Source: Azolla caroliniana
Lineage: Eukaryota > Plantae > Polypodiophyta
Direction: 5' to 3'
DNA length: 64,000 bases
NCBI GenBank assembly: GCA_043228905.1
Contig: JBHGNT010000016.1
Coordinates: 248,001-312,000, forward strand
Below are positions 62,701 to 64,000 of the stretch, piece by piece (positions within the stretch are counted from its first letter, which is position 1; each line of letters begins with the position of its first letter). The notes beneath the pieces were generated by a model, which did no database searches, had not been told where the DNA came from, and saw nothing but the letters and a program-made list of their open reading frames with translations. The position numbers were made by a program, and so were the translations under genes.

Positions 62701-64000
62701 GAACATTATAATTTACCGACTAGCGCTTGTCAACTCCCTCCTCAAATTTGCTAATTTCTTCATGTCTCTCGACCTAAGTTTGAAAATCTAGATTTTTCAA
62801 TTCCATATCAGAGCTAGCGTTGTTAGCTTTGATTCTTATGTTTGAACACAAAAATCCGATATCACACGAGCCAGGTATGAACATTTTAATTTACCTACTA
62901 GCTCTCGTCAACTCCCTCCTCAAATTTGTTAATTTCTTCATGTCTCTCGACCTGAGTTTCAAAATCTTGATTTTTGAATTCCATATCAGAGCTAGCGTTG
63001 TTAGCTTCGATTCGCATGTTTGAACATAAAAATCCGATATCATACGAGCCAGGTATGAACCTTTTAATTTACATACTAGCGCTTGCCAACTCCCTCCTCA
63101 AATTTGCTAATTTCTTCATGTCCCTCGACCTGAGCTTCAAAATCTTGATTTTTTAATTCCATAACATAGCTAGCGCTGTTAGCTTCGATTCACATGTTTG
63201 AACACAAAAATCCGATATCACACGAGCCACGGATGAACATTTTAATTTACCTAGTAGCGCTTGTCAACTCCCTCCTCAAATTTGCTAATTTCTTCATGTC
63301 TCTGGACCTGAGTTTCAAAATCTTGATTTTTTAATTCCATATCAGAGCTAGCGTTGTTAGCTTCGATTCGCATGTTTGAACATAAAAATCCGATATCATA
63401 CGAGCCAGGTATGAATATTTTAATTTACCTACTAGCGCTTGTCAACTCCCTCCTCAAATTTGCTAATTTCTTCATGTCTGTCGACCTGAGTTTCAAAATC
63501 TTGATTTTTTAATTCCATATCAGAGCTAGCGTTGTTAGCTTCAATTCGCATGTTTGAACACAGAAATCCGATATCACACGAACCACGTATGAACATTTTA
63601 ATTTACCTACTAGCGGTTGTCAACTCCCTCCTCAAATTTGCTAATTTCTTCATGTCTCTCGACCTGAGTTTCAAAATCTGGATTTTTCAACTCCTTAACA
63701 GAGCTAGCGCTGTTAGCTTCGATTCACATGTTTGAACACAAAAATCCGATATCACACGAACCACGTATGAACATTTTAATTTACCTACCAGCGCTTATCA
63801 ACTCCCTCCTCAAATTTGCTAATTTCTTCATGTCTCTCGACCTGAGTTTCAAAATCTTGATTTTTCAATTCCATATTAGAGCTAGCGCTGTTAGCTTCGA
63901 TTCACATGTTTGAACACAAAAATCCGATATCACACGAGCCACGTATGAACATTGTAATTTACCTACTAGCTCTTGTCAACTCCCTCCTGAAATTTGTTAA
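59744..64000 (+). repeat. 178-bp tandem satellite, segment 3 (about 24 monomers, continues past the window)
   Basis: Same monomer and orientation; it resumes in register after the TSD. Confidence 0.97.

Noticed and set aside
8033-63913. About 100 short ORFs of the type MFEHKNPISHEPRMNILIYLLALV...
   Set aside because: They are translations of the satellite. The monomer length (3n+1) shifts frame with each unit, the minor class has in-frame stops, and the hydrophobicity follows from T-rich sequence.
7504-64000. CRISPR-like array
   Set aside because: The whole 178-bp unit repeats with no unique spacers, there are no cas genes, and the context is eukaryotic.
7504-64000. Identification as Arabidopsis CEN178 with ATHILA insertions
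   Set aside because: Only the length matches. The monomer sequence and the Tcn1-like element do not fit Arabidopsis as I recall it.

Overview
Eukaryotic repeat DNA, most likely from a non-seed land plant (inferred only from the retrotransposon types). It looks centromeric or pericentromeric, and I see no host genes. About 50 kb is a head-to-tail 178-bp satellite, roughly 280 monomers, all in one orientation, with variant classes, deleted monomers and kb-scale tandem duplications. Three LTR-type elements are associated with it. (1) At 1-7503 (+) is a 5'-incomplete, decaying non-chromovirus Ty3/Gypsy element with an extra 3' coiled-coil ORF. (2) At 10204-11008 is an 805-bp TG...CA solo-LTR-like insert with a 4-bp TSD. 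(3) At 53982-59743 (-) is a young full-length Tcn1/sushi-like chromovirus with a 5-bp TSD. Its cis-signals can be read directly: a self-priming site instead of a tRNA PBS, a -1 frameshift cassette, and a long heat-shock-element array next to the TATA box. The most unusual observation is that the LTRs of two otherwise dissimilar elements (2 and 3) each carry a degenerate tRNA-like Pol III cassette (A box, exactly 32 nt, B box). Most short ORFs in the track are satellite artefacts. All alignments and counts were done by eye, with no database search.
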